The translations under genes were made by a program, and so were the position numbers. Below the pieces are notes generated by a model. The model did no database searches, had not been told where the DNA came from, and saw only the letters and a program-made list of their open reading frames with translations. Positions 25,526 through 37,055 of a DNA stretch of 64,000 nt are shown piece after piece. Every line of letters starts with the position of its first letter. Position 1 is the first letter of the stretch. Origin of the DNA: Lytechinus pictus (taxonomy: Eukaryota); contig NC_087252.1 in the NCBI RefSeq assembly GCF_037042905.1, positions 15,316,001 through 15,380,000 of the forward strand, in the 5' to 3' direction.

Positions 25526-26489
25526 TTTTTGTCTCACCTGCATAGCAGAGTGAGACTATAGGCGCCGCTTTTCCGACGGCGGCGGCGGCGGCGACGGCGG
25601 CGTCAACACCAAATCTTAACCTGAGGTTAAGTTTTTGAAATGGCAGCATAACTTAGAAAGTATATGGACCTAGTTCATGAAACTTGGCCATAAGGTTAAT
25701 CAAGTATTACTGAACATCCTGCCTGAGTTTCATGTCACATGACCAAGGTCAAAGGTCATTTAGGGTCAATGAACTTAGACCATGTTGGGGGAATCAACAT
25801 CAAAATCTTAACCTAAGGTTAAGTTTTTGAAATGTCATCATAACTTAGAAAATATATGGACCTAGTTCATGAAACTTATACATAAGGTTAATCAAGTATC
25901 ACTGAACATCCTGCATGAGTTTCACGTCACATGACCAAGGTCAAAGGTCATTTAGGGTCAATGAACTTTGGCCGAATTGGGGGTATCTGTTGAATTACCA
26001 TCATAACTTTGAAAGTTTATGGATCTGATTCATGAAACTTGGACATAATAGTAATCAAGTATTACTGAACATCCTGTGCAAGTTTCAGGTCACATGATCA
26101 AGGTCAAAGGTCATTTAGGGTCAATGAACTTTGGCCAAATTGGGGTATTTGTTGAATTACAGCCATTAATTTGAAAGTGTGTTGGTCTAGTTCATAAAAC
26201 TTAGACATAATAGTAATCAAGTATCACTGAACATCCTGTGCGAGTTTCAGGTCACATGATCAAGGTCAAAGGTCATGTAAGGTCAAAGAACTTTGGCCAC
26301 GTTGGGGGTATTTGTTGAATTGCCATCATATCTCTATAAGTGTATTGGTCTAGTTCATAAAACGTGGAAATAAGAGTAACCAAGTATCACTGAACATCTT
26401 GTGCGAGTTATAGTAGTTTTCAAAATCAGCACTGCTGCTATATTGAATCGCGTGATGCAGGTGAGACGGCCAGAGGCATTCCACTTGTT
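25526..26489 (+). mobile_element. Helentron/HINE non-autonomous element, copy 2
   Basis: Same architecture as 4759-5584: GTCTCACCTGCAT / ATGCAGGTGAGAC, (GCG)n, internal units of 192, 163 and 162 bp, GCCAGAGGC loop, CTTGTT end. Confidence 0.85.
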
Positions 26490-26584
26490 TACAAATAAGA
26501 GGCTTATATATACATGCATGTTATTCTTATTAGTTAGTCACCCCACCTGCGCACTGTTGAAAACATCCGTGCAAAGTGGTAAGA

Positions 26585-27017
26585 CCCAGGGTGAGGGGGG
26601 AGGCTACTTGAATTGTAACATGATGCTATGTGTCAAACCAAAGTAAAAAATAAGGGGCTCTGGAACTAAATATTGGTCTTTAAAACGGGGATCTACGGAA
26701 CGGCCCTTGAATCAATAATTGCTAAAAAGGCATTGCTCTGGAACTTCCCACATAAAAAAATGGGGGTCTCTTAAAATCGTTATGACTCCTCATCGATCTA
26801 GTTTGCCTTCCCGCCCGGCTGAGTAGTTCATCATGATGGGCGCGCACTGTAACGAGAAAACACAAATTTGAGGGTCTCTGGAATGGGGAAAAATAGGAAT
26901 TTCTATGACTTTCTAAATTGGTGATGCTCTGGAACAGAATTTAGGCTGGAAATGGGGGTCTCGACTGCGGCACATACGTATCATACATTTATGCTAAGTA
27001 GCCCCCTCCCCCCGTGG
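26585..27017. mobile_element. MITE with G/C-run termini (unclassified)
   Basis: CCCAGGG..GGGGGGAGGCTACTT / AAGTAGCCCCCTCCCCCCGTGG; possible 5-bp TSD TAAGA/TACGA; internal CTCTGGAAC repeats. Confidence 0.6.
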
Positions 27018-27122
27018 TACGACTCTGCTAGGGATAAATCCACTACCTTCCGTTCAGTTTACCACTGAACCACCATGCCCAGTTGTAAACTAAGATTTAG
27101 ATGAAATTTCTGAGAAACAAGC

Positions 27123-27286
27123 ATTTCATTCCTTTTGTCCAGCTCTGAGTTCAACAAACTGGAAAATTATGAATCAATGATTTGAACTTAGTATTGTTAA
27201 ATTTATTTCATTCCTTTTGTCCAGCTCTGAGTTCAACAAACTGGAAAATTATTAATAAATGATTTGAACTTAGTATTGTTAAATTT
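27123..27286 (+). repeat. 82-bp tandem duplication
   Basis: 27123-27204 and 27205-27286 differ at only 2 positions. Confidence 0.95.
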
Positions 27287-28145
27287 CCAAAATCCATTTC
27301 CCCACCCAACCTCTGAAACCTGATGTAGACACTTTTTACAACCTGATATCGTCGGCGGTCATCTGAACTGTCGTATCACACATACGACAGTGCAAACCCC
27401 ATTTCAGAGAAAATTGACTTCAAAGTTTACTACAATTTCCACACTTTGATATTATGTTGTGAATTTTTGAGAGAAATTTGTTCAAAGCTTACTTTCTTTT
27501 AGTTTTGTGCTCTCTTATTCATCCCTTCATTAAAAAATGTCTGAAACTATCATTTAAAGAAAACATGAGATGAAAAGCTTTTATTTCATCTCTAATAATC
27601 GTACTTTAGGAAATTATGTAAAGCCTGACAATTAATTTGGAGATGAAATATGGTTTTAAGCATGTGTGCCCTGACCCCCAAAGTGATGATGGAATACATT
27701 TTGCTAAATGCAATGAAAAGAAAACATTTTTATGATCCATAACTAAAACTTTTGACAATATATATAATTTAAATGATTCCGCAAGGGAAAGACAAAAAAA
27801 GCAATCATGATTTGATCTCTCAGGACACTATTTGCAATTAGACTGACAAATTAATGTATTATTGTGTTATAATGCTTGTAATACAGATCTTTTCCCAAGT
27901 GCAAACCCAAAATGAGAAGGGTGTCCACTTCTCCTCTCCTTCCATTTTCCTTGACAGTGTAATTAAATTTTCATCCATCTGATAAAGGAGGCATTAACCC
28001 ATTGCATGATGAAACAGACTGGTACATGTATGAAGCATAAGGGGAAATGCAGAATTTGGAAGTCGTTGGGTTAAAATAGGCTGTTATAAAAGAAGGGAGG
28101 AAACACTGTAGGATTGTGAATGTGAAAAGAGCGGATTAGAGGCCA

Positions 28146-28766
28146 GGGCCCTGTTGCATAGTATACAAATAATGAATGTTTATGAGTGCAATGGACAGAA
28201 TACTTCGTGAGGTGATAGATGAAATGATCCATTCAATGAGGCGTAGCCGAGTTGAATGGATCATTCATTTCATCTTAAGTATTCTGTCTATTGCAGAAAT
28301 CAAAAGAACATTCATCGTTTGTTTTATATGACACCTGAAAATAGATTATTTTTCATATGAAATTTGTGAAATATGATGCAAAATATGGTCATGTAGTGCG
28401 AGCTCGGTCTGTTGATTATCGTGTACATACAACATGCGCGCTGCAAACACCAGTGGTGTCTGTAGTCTGGGTGTGTTCGTGCAATGGACAAAATCGTATG
28501 GATCCAAAATTGCACGATGAATGGATCTAAAATTGCACGGTTGATGACGTCATTGTAAAATGGGCTGAATGATCGATATTGACCAACCAATCAAATGACA
28601 AGGATCTATCTAGGTGTCGTATAAAAGTTACCATAATAGTAACTTTGCCATCCAATGGTGACTACCATGGTAACGCTGATCACCAACCAATCAGAATCGA
28701 GGATTCCATGCAAGTTAGCATTGGATGGCAAAGTTACCATAATGGTAATTTTCATGCAACGGGGCC
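28146..28766. mobile_element. Harbinger-like MITE interrupted by a 463-bp insertion
   Basis: GGCCCTGTTGCATA|insert|AAAGTTACCAT rejoins to match the reverse complement of the right end ATGGTAATTTTCATGCAACGGGGCC. A core remnant also occurs at about 62970-63030. Confidence 0.8.
28161..28623. mobile_element. Non-autonomous element with an internal region complementary to both ends
   Basis: The left 160 bp or so is a palindrome centred on GAGGCGTAGCCGAG; 28322-28345 is complementary to the right end (28604-28626); ATA occurs at both junctions. Confidence 0.7.
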
Positions 28767-28887
28767 GGGCCCAGAAAGATGGACAGGAGAGAAGGAGAAA
28801 GAGAAAGAGGGAGGGAAAGAGGGAGAGATAGAGACATGTGATTCTTTAAAGAGCTTGATTTACTAAAAGAAAATAAGTAGTCTATGG

Positions 28888-30500
28888 TTGATTTGATTTG
28901 ATTTGATTTGATTTATTTATTTCCGTTTCACAATTGTACATAATATGATAAACATAACATAACAGGGTCTAAAATACTACAAGACAAAATATAATATATA
29001 TAACATAATCATAGATTTAAGGAACACAATTCAGTAAATAAAGATATCTCAAATGACATTTGTATTTAAAAGTAAAACGGAGGGACTTGCCGAAAAAAAG
29101 CAAAGCTTGTACAAGAGACAAGCCCCTATCTTAGTTACATTACAAAATTACAACAAATAAATATTGGGTCTTAATAATAATTTTGTTTAAAAATAAATAC
29201 AAACAATTTTTGTGCACTTGACAAAAACGTAACTGATGGATCGTGTGAGAAAAAAATTATGTTTTACAATATTATAAGAGAGGGGGGGTGAGGGGGAGAC
29301 AGGAGGGACAGAGGAGTGCAGTACACTAAGTAGAAAGAAAGAAGAAGGCGGGCAGCAGGAGCAGGTACTTTGGCTAATTGCAATTTTAAGAAGAAAATAA
29401 TTAAACGAATAATATACATGACTATGTATATAATATGAGCGCATATAATACGCATATACACAAAAGTCGAGTATAATTAAATTAATTATTCAGCTTGACC
29501 TGTTTGCGACGAGTATTGCAGAATTAACATTTTTTTCAGTTTGCGTTTAAAAATATTTACATTGGGAGATTCTTTGAAATCTTGAGGCAGAGAGTTCCAG
29601 TAGGCAGGCCCAGAGAAGACAAATGAATTCTTTGCAAATAAAGTTCTTGTTAAAGGGAGATGATAATATTGTCGTTGCCTTGTTGGGTAGCAGTGTACGG
29701 ATGTATTTTTACGGAACATATTAGAGAAAATGGCGGGAAGGTCGTCCTTGCTTAATTTGAACATAAATTGACTAAGTTCGAAAAGATATATGTCACTTAC
29801 TTTAAGAATATTATTTTCAAAAAATAAGATATCAGTATGTGATCTAAAGTGTGTTTGAAAAATTATTCTTAGAGCTTTTTTCTGGAGAAGTAATATTCTA
29901 TTTAGTTGTGTTTGTATTGCACATCCCCAGGCAATAATTCCATAATTAATATATGGTAGAATAAGGGTGTAATATAATGTTAACAAAGTGCGGGAAGGGA
30001 GAAAATGTTTTAGTTTATTAATAATTCCAATGTTTCTAGAAATTGTTTTACATATACTATCGATATGAGGCTTCCAGGATAATTTGTCGTCAATAAGGAC
30101 ACCCAAGAATCTGGTAGTGGAAACATTATTAAGAACGAAATTATCAAAGAAAATACTGTCAGGTAGAGTATTGATTTTATTACTGAAAAGCATGTAGTTT
30201 GTCTTCTGGTGATTAAGCGAAAGTTTGTTGGCCTTGATCCAATCTGTAACATTTGTTAGTTCAAAATTTACGATTCTAACGAGTTGGTTAATATCATCAT
30301 GGGAAAAGAAAATATTGGAGTCGTCAGCAAAAAGTATAAATGAAAGTAAATTTGATGTATTTTTAATATCATTGATGTAAGTAATAAAAAGAAGTGGGCC
30401 TAGTAGGCTACCCTGTGGGACACCGCAAGTAATTGGAAGAGTAGTCGAATTGCTATTATTTACTGATACAAATTGGGTCCTATCAGTGAGGTAACTCCTG
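28888..30500 (-). mobile_element. 5'-truncated CR1/L2-group LINE
   Basis: RT ORF plus 3' UTR with stem-loop (29081-29127) and (AATCA)n tail. Confidence 0.92.
29486..30500 (-). pseudogene. Non-LTR reverse transcriptase, C-terminal part of ORF2
   Basis: Motifs SYLTDRTQFV, GVPQGSLLGPLLF, YIND, LFADD, NKLSLN..KT, FLGVLIDDKLSW and YWNSLP. The frame is open, but the endonuclease and N-terminal RT are missing; the first dozen or so residues of the called ORF come from flanking DNA. Confidence 0.92.
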
Positions 30501-30859
30501 GTTTTGGATTTGTCCCTGATTAGAAGTGATTTCAATGGGTTCGTAGAAATGGCAGAATAGAATTTATTGTAATTTTAAGCCTCCTTGGAAGCTGAATAGA
30601 ATTGTGTATTGTGAGTAAGTCTGAACTTATGATAGACTCGCCTCCAGACCCACTTAGACATTAAAGTGTTAATGTTGGGTCTGCGCCCACAGACCAGAGA
30701 ATAATCACCCTAAAACTAAAACATAATTTCAAGCAGAAATGACTGAATAGAAGAAGAGGTATCTGTGAGATAACTCGGCTGGTGTGTTATTATCATTAGA
30801 TTATTCTTGACATGCTTGATGTGTTTTCCTTTTGGCCCTGCATTTATTTTAATGTTTAA

Positions 30860-31040
30860 ATATGACTTATTCAAGGCCGTAGTCTTTCTTGAGGGGCGTC
30901 CTTTTCAAGCCTTTGTGCTTAGCCTATGACTGTCCCCTCCCATGCAATGAGTTTATTTTTATTTTACTGTGAAATATTGTCATTATTTTTTATGTTGTAT
31001 GAATATTTTATTTGCATGGAAATAAAGAATCAATCAATCA
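30860..31040 (+). mobile_element. CR1/L2-group LINE 3' end
   Basis: GAGGGG..CAAGC..GCTT..CCCCTC stem-loop, then AATAAA and (AATC)n tail. Confidence 0.65.
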
Positions 31041-31489
31041 AGAGTACATTTTGTGAAAAATAATTATTCTAGGTTGGAATGTTTTGAAAGTCTTAAGAAA
31101 AAATGAGAAGGATGGATCGGGATAGAAAAATACAAAGATAGAATGGTAACCATGTCTGTCCTCTAGTATTGATTTAGTTCTGTGCCATCCTTATAGAAGG
31201 AGAAATTCTATAAATTAAACCAATTTGTGATGGTGTATTATGTGACAGTCACAGTATAGGAGCACCACCCTATTCATAACCTATGGTAAGAGGTAGGGTC
31301 TCATTGCAATTACAGAGCAGCCACTCTACATTTACATGCTCAGTGGTGGTGCTATGGGGGGAGGTCCACCCTCGTATGATTTTGCATGTAGTGAAGAAAG
31401 GGGAAAACAAGGGGAAAAGAAGAAGGGATAAAAGTAAAAAGGGTATCAAACAGAAAGGTATTGTTCATAATATTCTATATTTCCCTTAT

Positions 31490-32745
31490 AATTCAATAGA
31501 TAAATTTTCAGCCATCTTAGCCCCCCAATCAAAATATTCTAATGCTCCCTCTCATCTCCCCTCCACCACCACCTCCTACTTACCACCCATCCCTTTACCC
31601 CTCGATCTCCTTCACTACCCTTCCATCACCCCTCACTCCACTTCATACCTCTAATGTCCCTCCACCCTTTCAGGACCTCTGCCCTCCCACCACTCCTCCA
31701 TCTCCCTCCACTCCATGTACGTTTTATCTCCCCTCCCATCTCCCCTTATTCCACACCTCTTATCTATACCCCACCCTCCCATCTCCCCTCCACCTTTCCC
31801 ACCACCGCTTCCATCTACCACTGAGCCACCGGTCATGGTGGCTCAGTGGTAGAGCGTCCGCCTCATGAACGGGGGGTTGTGGGTTTGATCCTCGGCCGAG
31901 TCATAGCAAAGACTCATGAAAATGGGACTCTCTGCCTTCTTGCTAGGCGCTCAGCATTTAGAATGGAGAAGGGTAATAATAACATGTTATGTTATGTAGG
32001 GCCCGCTGGTAGAGCAGTTTCCTAAATGATTGGCTACCCTGGGTAAATAAAACATTATTATTATCTTCCCACTCCATGCCTCTTATCTCCCCTCCACCAT
32101 CCCAGAGTCCCTCATCCTGCCACCCTCCACCCTGCCACCTACCCTGCCACTACCCCTCTCATCACTGCTCCTATCATCACCCTAGCTCCCATCTCCCCTC
32201 CACTTCATGCCTCCATCCTATTCACCCTCCAATCTCCCCTCCTCCCAAACAACCTCCCACCACCATCCCTCCCATCTCCTCTACTCCATGCCTCTCGTCT
32301 ACACCCCACCCTCCCGCCACCCCTCCTTTCCATTTCCTTCCCTCCCATCTTCCCCTTCCCCCCTGCATCTCATCTCCACTCCACCCTCATGCCACTCTTC
32401 CCATCTTCCCTCCATCCCATTTATCCACAGTAATACCCCATCCATCCCATTACAATCCTTTTCCCTCCCATCTTCTAATCCCTTTCAGATCACAATTCAA
32501 TAGATAAACTTTCAGCCGTCTTGGCCCCCCCCCCCCATCAAAATATTCTAGTGCTCCCTCCACCACCCCTCCATTAACCTCACTCCACTCCATACCTCTA
32601 ATGTCCCCTTCACCCTTTCAGGACCTCTACCCTCACACAACCCCTCCATCTCCCTCCAGTCCATTCCATTAATTTCATCTTCCCTCCACCCCTCCCATCT
32701 CCCCTATTCCACACCTCTTATCTATACTCTACCCTCTCATCCCCC
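31490..32745 (+). repeat. C-rich low-complexity block with a direct duplication (31490-31790 and 32494-32745)
   Basis: AATTCAATAGATAAA.TTTCAGCC.TCTT.GCCCCC..ATCAAAATATTCTA.TGCTCCCTC...TTCAGGACCTCT...TTCCACACCTCTTATCTATAC occurs twice. Confidence 0.85.
31829..32063 (+). mobile_element. tRNA-derived SINE (family 2)
   Basis: TGGCTCAGTGGTAGAGCG A-box, GGTTTGATCC B-box, GGCCGAGTCATAGCAAAGAC core, AAATAAAAC(ATT)n tail. Confidence 0.85.
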
Positions 32746-32902
32746 ATCCCCCTTGTCTTCTCCCTTTCAGATCATACAACTGCAATTGTTCATCAATTTT
32801 TGCTCAAATACCCTAAATGGCAATATAGAAAAATGTAATATTGAGGTCAACTTTGAATTCATTATCTGTCTAAGTTGAATATAAAATATGTCTCAAATAC
32901 CT

Positions 32903-33180
32903 ATGTGTTGGCTCAGATGGTAGAGCGTCCGTCTCTCAACCAAGAGGTCGGGAGTTCAAACCCTGGCCGTGTCAGACCAAAAGACATTAAAAGATGGGAG
33001 TTGATGCTAACCTGTTTGGCATTCAACAATACAAGGGATAGAGCTATGTCGATCTGGCGCTGCACAGTGGCTACTGGGTCCACGATTAATTGGGCAAAAC
33101 AGATATTTGGAGGATTTCTATTTCTGATTTCTGTTTCAAACAATGAATTATGGATCTTTCATTTTTTTCAATTTTTCAAT
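32903..33180 (+). mobile_element. tRNA-derived SINE (family 3)
   Basis: TGGCTCAGATGGTAGAGCG, GAGTTCAAACCC, GGCCGTGTCAGACCAAAAGAC core. Confidence 0.8.
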
Positions 33181-34477
33181 AGTATCAAGGTCATTTAATT
33201 ACCTTATTGCATAATTCTGCTCATAAAGTATATCGAGATTGATGATAATAATTAATACATGTATATTTCACCAATCATTGACTAGTCATGACTTTAAGCA
33301 AGTCATTAAAGGCTTCCTCAGTTTGCTCATAACCCAAACTCGCCAAATTCTAAATGGAAAAGCCTGCTACTTTATAGCAGATTAGTATTGTAGGACGGGT
33401 TCATTTTTAAGAATAGGGGTAGGGTATTATTGTTCTAGCAATTGCCAATTGGAGAATGATAAAAGGGGGAAAAAGGTGAAAAATTAGGGGAAAATGGTGA
33501 AATAGTTTAAGAAGAAAGTCTAGAAAAATTGAGTTAGATTGAAGTTCTATGTAAGATTGAATAATTGTGAAAGAATGAAAGAAGATTCAGATTAAAGTTA
33601 AACTTAGAAGTCTGATAAAGATAAATAGAACCTGAAGAAATGATAGGAATAAGAAAAGGACAGATAAAAAAGAGTCACAGATAAAATTGAGATGACATCA
33701 AAAGAAGTGAAAATTGGAATGCCGTCACCCCCCACCGCAAGCCACAAATAGCATTAACTTTTTGGTTGACACCCGTCATGATACCCTAGGATAGGATGGT
33801 GGTTCAAAGCCTCAGTACAAGTGCCTTAACCACCAACTTCACGGGAAATCCTAGAGAGAATACTTTCCCTGAAGAACAGGATTGATAAAAGGTAACACTT
33901 CTTGAAGTTGCACGTGCCATACCGTCAAGGCATCACCTGAAGAGCGATTGCCAAAGGTGTGCAGTTTGAACCTTTTTTTCTTCATAGACCGTTCTTACTC
34001 ATCACAATCATGAAAGTCAGATCATTCCAGTGCTACTTGAGAGAATCAACGTTCTGAAGTAACCTTAAACTTACCTGCCGATTCTAGTCCTAACCCCCCC
34101 CCCCACAAAAAAAAAAAAGTCACGCTAAGGTAGAAAATGAGAAGTAAAAGGAAAGAAAACAGAGTGGACGAAAGAAAAGTCTGTCAGAAGAGCGGTAGAC
34201 ACTTGAAGGAATTGCTGCTGAGATGGTTCATACCGCTTCCAGTGAAGACCACTCGTGCCAGTCATCACTCAAGGAGTGGGGTAACATCCAGGTCTTGATG
34301 AACGTCCTCCAAGGGGACGCTGCAACGCTACAAATGTTTGAATATATCCATTTTAAAGCGGCATTTATGGGATGATTCAGAGGTAATCCACACCGTTGCT
34401 CATCGCAGGTATGCCACAGGTGAAACGCTCATTTGCATAGATGCCTTTGCTCCCATCAAACACCCCTCCAGGGCTTT

Positions 34478-35075
34478 TTTGCTTTCCTCTCCCCCTTGGA
34501 AAGTGGGCTTCTTTTTTTCTATTCCATCCTACAACCCCTAGAAGCCTTCTTCATGCTCAGTTCAGTGATGAGTTACATTGCGTTACAATCTTTCTTCCTC
34601 TTCGTTATATTCAGTTTTCATGATAAGTTACATTGCATTTTTTCTTCCCCTTGGAAAGTGGGCTTTTTTTCTATTCCATCCTACTACCCCTGGAAGCCTT
34701 CTTCATGTTCAGTTCAGTGATGAGTTACATTGCGTTACAATCTTTCTTCCTCTTCGTTATAGTCAGTTTTCATGATAAGTTACATTGCATTTTTTCTTCC
34801 CCTTGGAAAGTGTGCTTCTTTTTTTCTCTTCCTACCCCCCGAAAACTTCTTAATGTTCATTTTTGTGATAACTTGCATTGCTTTTCTCTCCCCTTGGAAA
34901 GTCAGCTTCTTTTCCCCTTCCTTCCTACCCCCTAGAAGCCTTTTCTCCTTCATGTTCAGTTTTGTGAGAAGTTACATTGCATATTTTCTCTCCCCTGGAA
35001 AGTGTTTTTTTCTCTTCTTATTACCCCCTAGAAGCCTTGATCTTATGTTTAGTTTTATGATGAGTTACATTGCCT
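34478..35075. repeat. Minisatellite, about 155-bp unit decaying to about 95-bp units
   Basis: CCCC(T)TGGAAAGTG recurs at about 34492, 34647, 34800, 34890 and 34992, with internal GTTACATTGC subrepeats. Confidence 0.9.
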
Positions 35076-35282
35076 GGCAAGACTCTTCTTTAGTGATATG
35101 TTGGTGAGCTCACCTTTCATTAGAGCGTTCATTCTTTTTCATTTGGGTGAAATTTAGAAGATAATGTTGCATTCTGAAAAGACAGGTTGTAATGATTTCT
35201 GCTTTTTGTTGGAATGAAAAGTCCCATCATGATGATATTTTACCAATTTCTCTTTTTCAAGGGACCTTACCTTGTAAATGAC

Positions 35283-35503
35283 GGAAGTGTCATGGTGTAG
35301 TAGTGCTGACTCTTGCCTTTCGATTAGAGGGTCGTGGGTTTGAATCCTACTCCAGGCTTTGATTTCCTATGGCAAGAAATGTATCCACCTTGGCTGCACT
35401 CAACCCAGGTGAGGTGAATGATTGCCTGTTAGGATTTTTTCCTTGAATGTTTTAGCGCCCGTACAGTGGTTCGGCTACAGCCAGGGTAATAATAACATAC
35501 CAA
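35283..35503 (+). mobile_element. SINE family 1, diverged
   Basis: tRNA head plus GCTGCACTCAACCCAGGTGAGGTGAATG core. Confidence 0.85.
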
Positions 35504-36269
35504 GGAGGTGATACAACGTTGGTTCCTGCGACAATTGCTCCATGCTTTATTTTGTCTAAGTTGTTGAGTTAAGGTAAGGGTTGCAATAGAGTTTTATGTT
35601 AGGTATAGGTTTAGGATAGGGTATAGTGTTATATCAGGGTTGAACTTTTTCATTTGATTAGTGTGTGAAACTTGAAGCAGAGAAATTGTCGCTGGAGGAA
35701 ATACCATGGAATCACAAAGTATCATGAGCAGTCGAGTATATGCACGTAGGTGCTGACCTATAAATAAATGAACTTGATTATTATTATTAATTAGATACAA
35801 AAAAATAACCATCAACTTTACATTGATTTCAAATACTTAGAAGACAGCAGCCATGATTGGGAGGGAATCAATCACAACTCTTCACAAATTTGGGCCCAGG
35901 GTTTGCCTGACATATCAATTTTTTCTGCTGCATAGGCCTTCTGAGAGACTCATGAATAAACATAAATCATTCTCTATATAACTTCTATCAGATCCAATCC
36001 CAGTGCGTACCCTTTGGCTTATTCTGCCTTTAAAGGCCATTGCCCCATTTTTCTGGATGACACATTGGTCGTGTAAAACTTGATCCGACCCACTTTACTC
36101 TTGATATGCTATGCTACCTGATAAGGGTGAGCCGAGAGTAGAGAGTTGAGATCGATTCTGATATGAATGACGGGCATGCAGATACTCCATCACATCATTC
36201 AATATTGAACCCACGTGCATTCCCCTTGAATCACTTTAGCCAATCACTTTATATTGTCCAAAGATTTTC

Positions 36270-37055
36270 AACACAGCAAAAACTTGGGATAGATTTTTAT
36301 ATGATTCCTTTTAAATATTCCTTTTCAACAAAGCTTAGATATTTTCAATATAAAATTGTTCATAACATCCCTGGTGTCATTAAATATTTGAAAAATATTT
36401 TTTCTTTGTTACAATCTGATTTGTGTTCCTTTTGTACAGAACACACTGAAACTATTGCTCGTTTATTTTGGGAATGCCCCGTCACTCATCGTTTTTTTGT
36501 TGATTTTTAAAAATACATTCTTAACAGTGCAATTAAGTTATCTTTTAATGATTTTGTATTTGGCATACCAAGTGGAAATTATTATAATTTAAATTTTGAT
36601 AATAATAATAATAGTCAGTTCTTAAATAGTGCATAACACATTATGAATAACGTCTCTATGCGCTTCCAAAGGACTTGGATATTATTACCCCAGCTGTAGC
36701 TCAAGCAGCTTTTACCCGTTCGGCATTTCAAGGAATACATTCCTGCCAGGTACCCATTCACCTCACCTGGGTTGACTGCAGCACAATGTGATATTCTATA
36801 TATGCTAAATATTATATACTTTTTACTCAATGTTTAAAAGATTATCATTTTCCTCATTTCAAAAGAAATCAAAATACCTACATGTACATGGGTTAGAATG
36901 CATTATGAATATATTGATGGATCCAGGCACATCAAATTTATTTAAAATTCTTTTCTATATATGTATAATATATTTGTTATGTATTACATGCATATTGCAT
37001 TTGATTATATGATTTGTGGAGAAAAAGTGAATAAAGTCTCTCTTTGAAAAAAAAA
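36270..37055 (+). mobile_element. L1/Tx1-clade LINE 3' remnant (zf-RVT region), interrupted by a SINE
   Basis: KLRYFQYKIVHNI...CSFC..HTETIARLFWECP matches the ORF2 C-terminal zinc-binding motif; premature stop at 36510; AATAAA and an A-run near 37030-37055. Confidence 0.8.
36599..36795 (-). mobile_element. SINE family 1, 5'-truncated
   Basis: Near-identical to the 3' half of the copies at 43558 and 55944. Confidence 0.9.

Noticed and set aside
31283..32507. Pro/His/Ser-rich ORFs
   Set aside because: C-rich low-complexity DNA open in multiple frames.
35570..35640. Interstitial telomere
   Set aside because: Only degenerate TTAGG/TAGGG motifs inside a MITE-like element.
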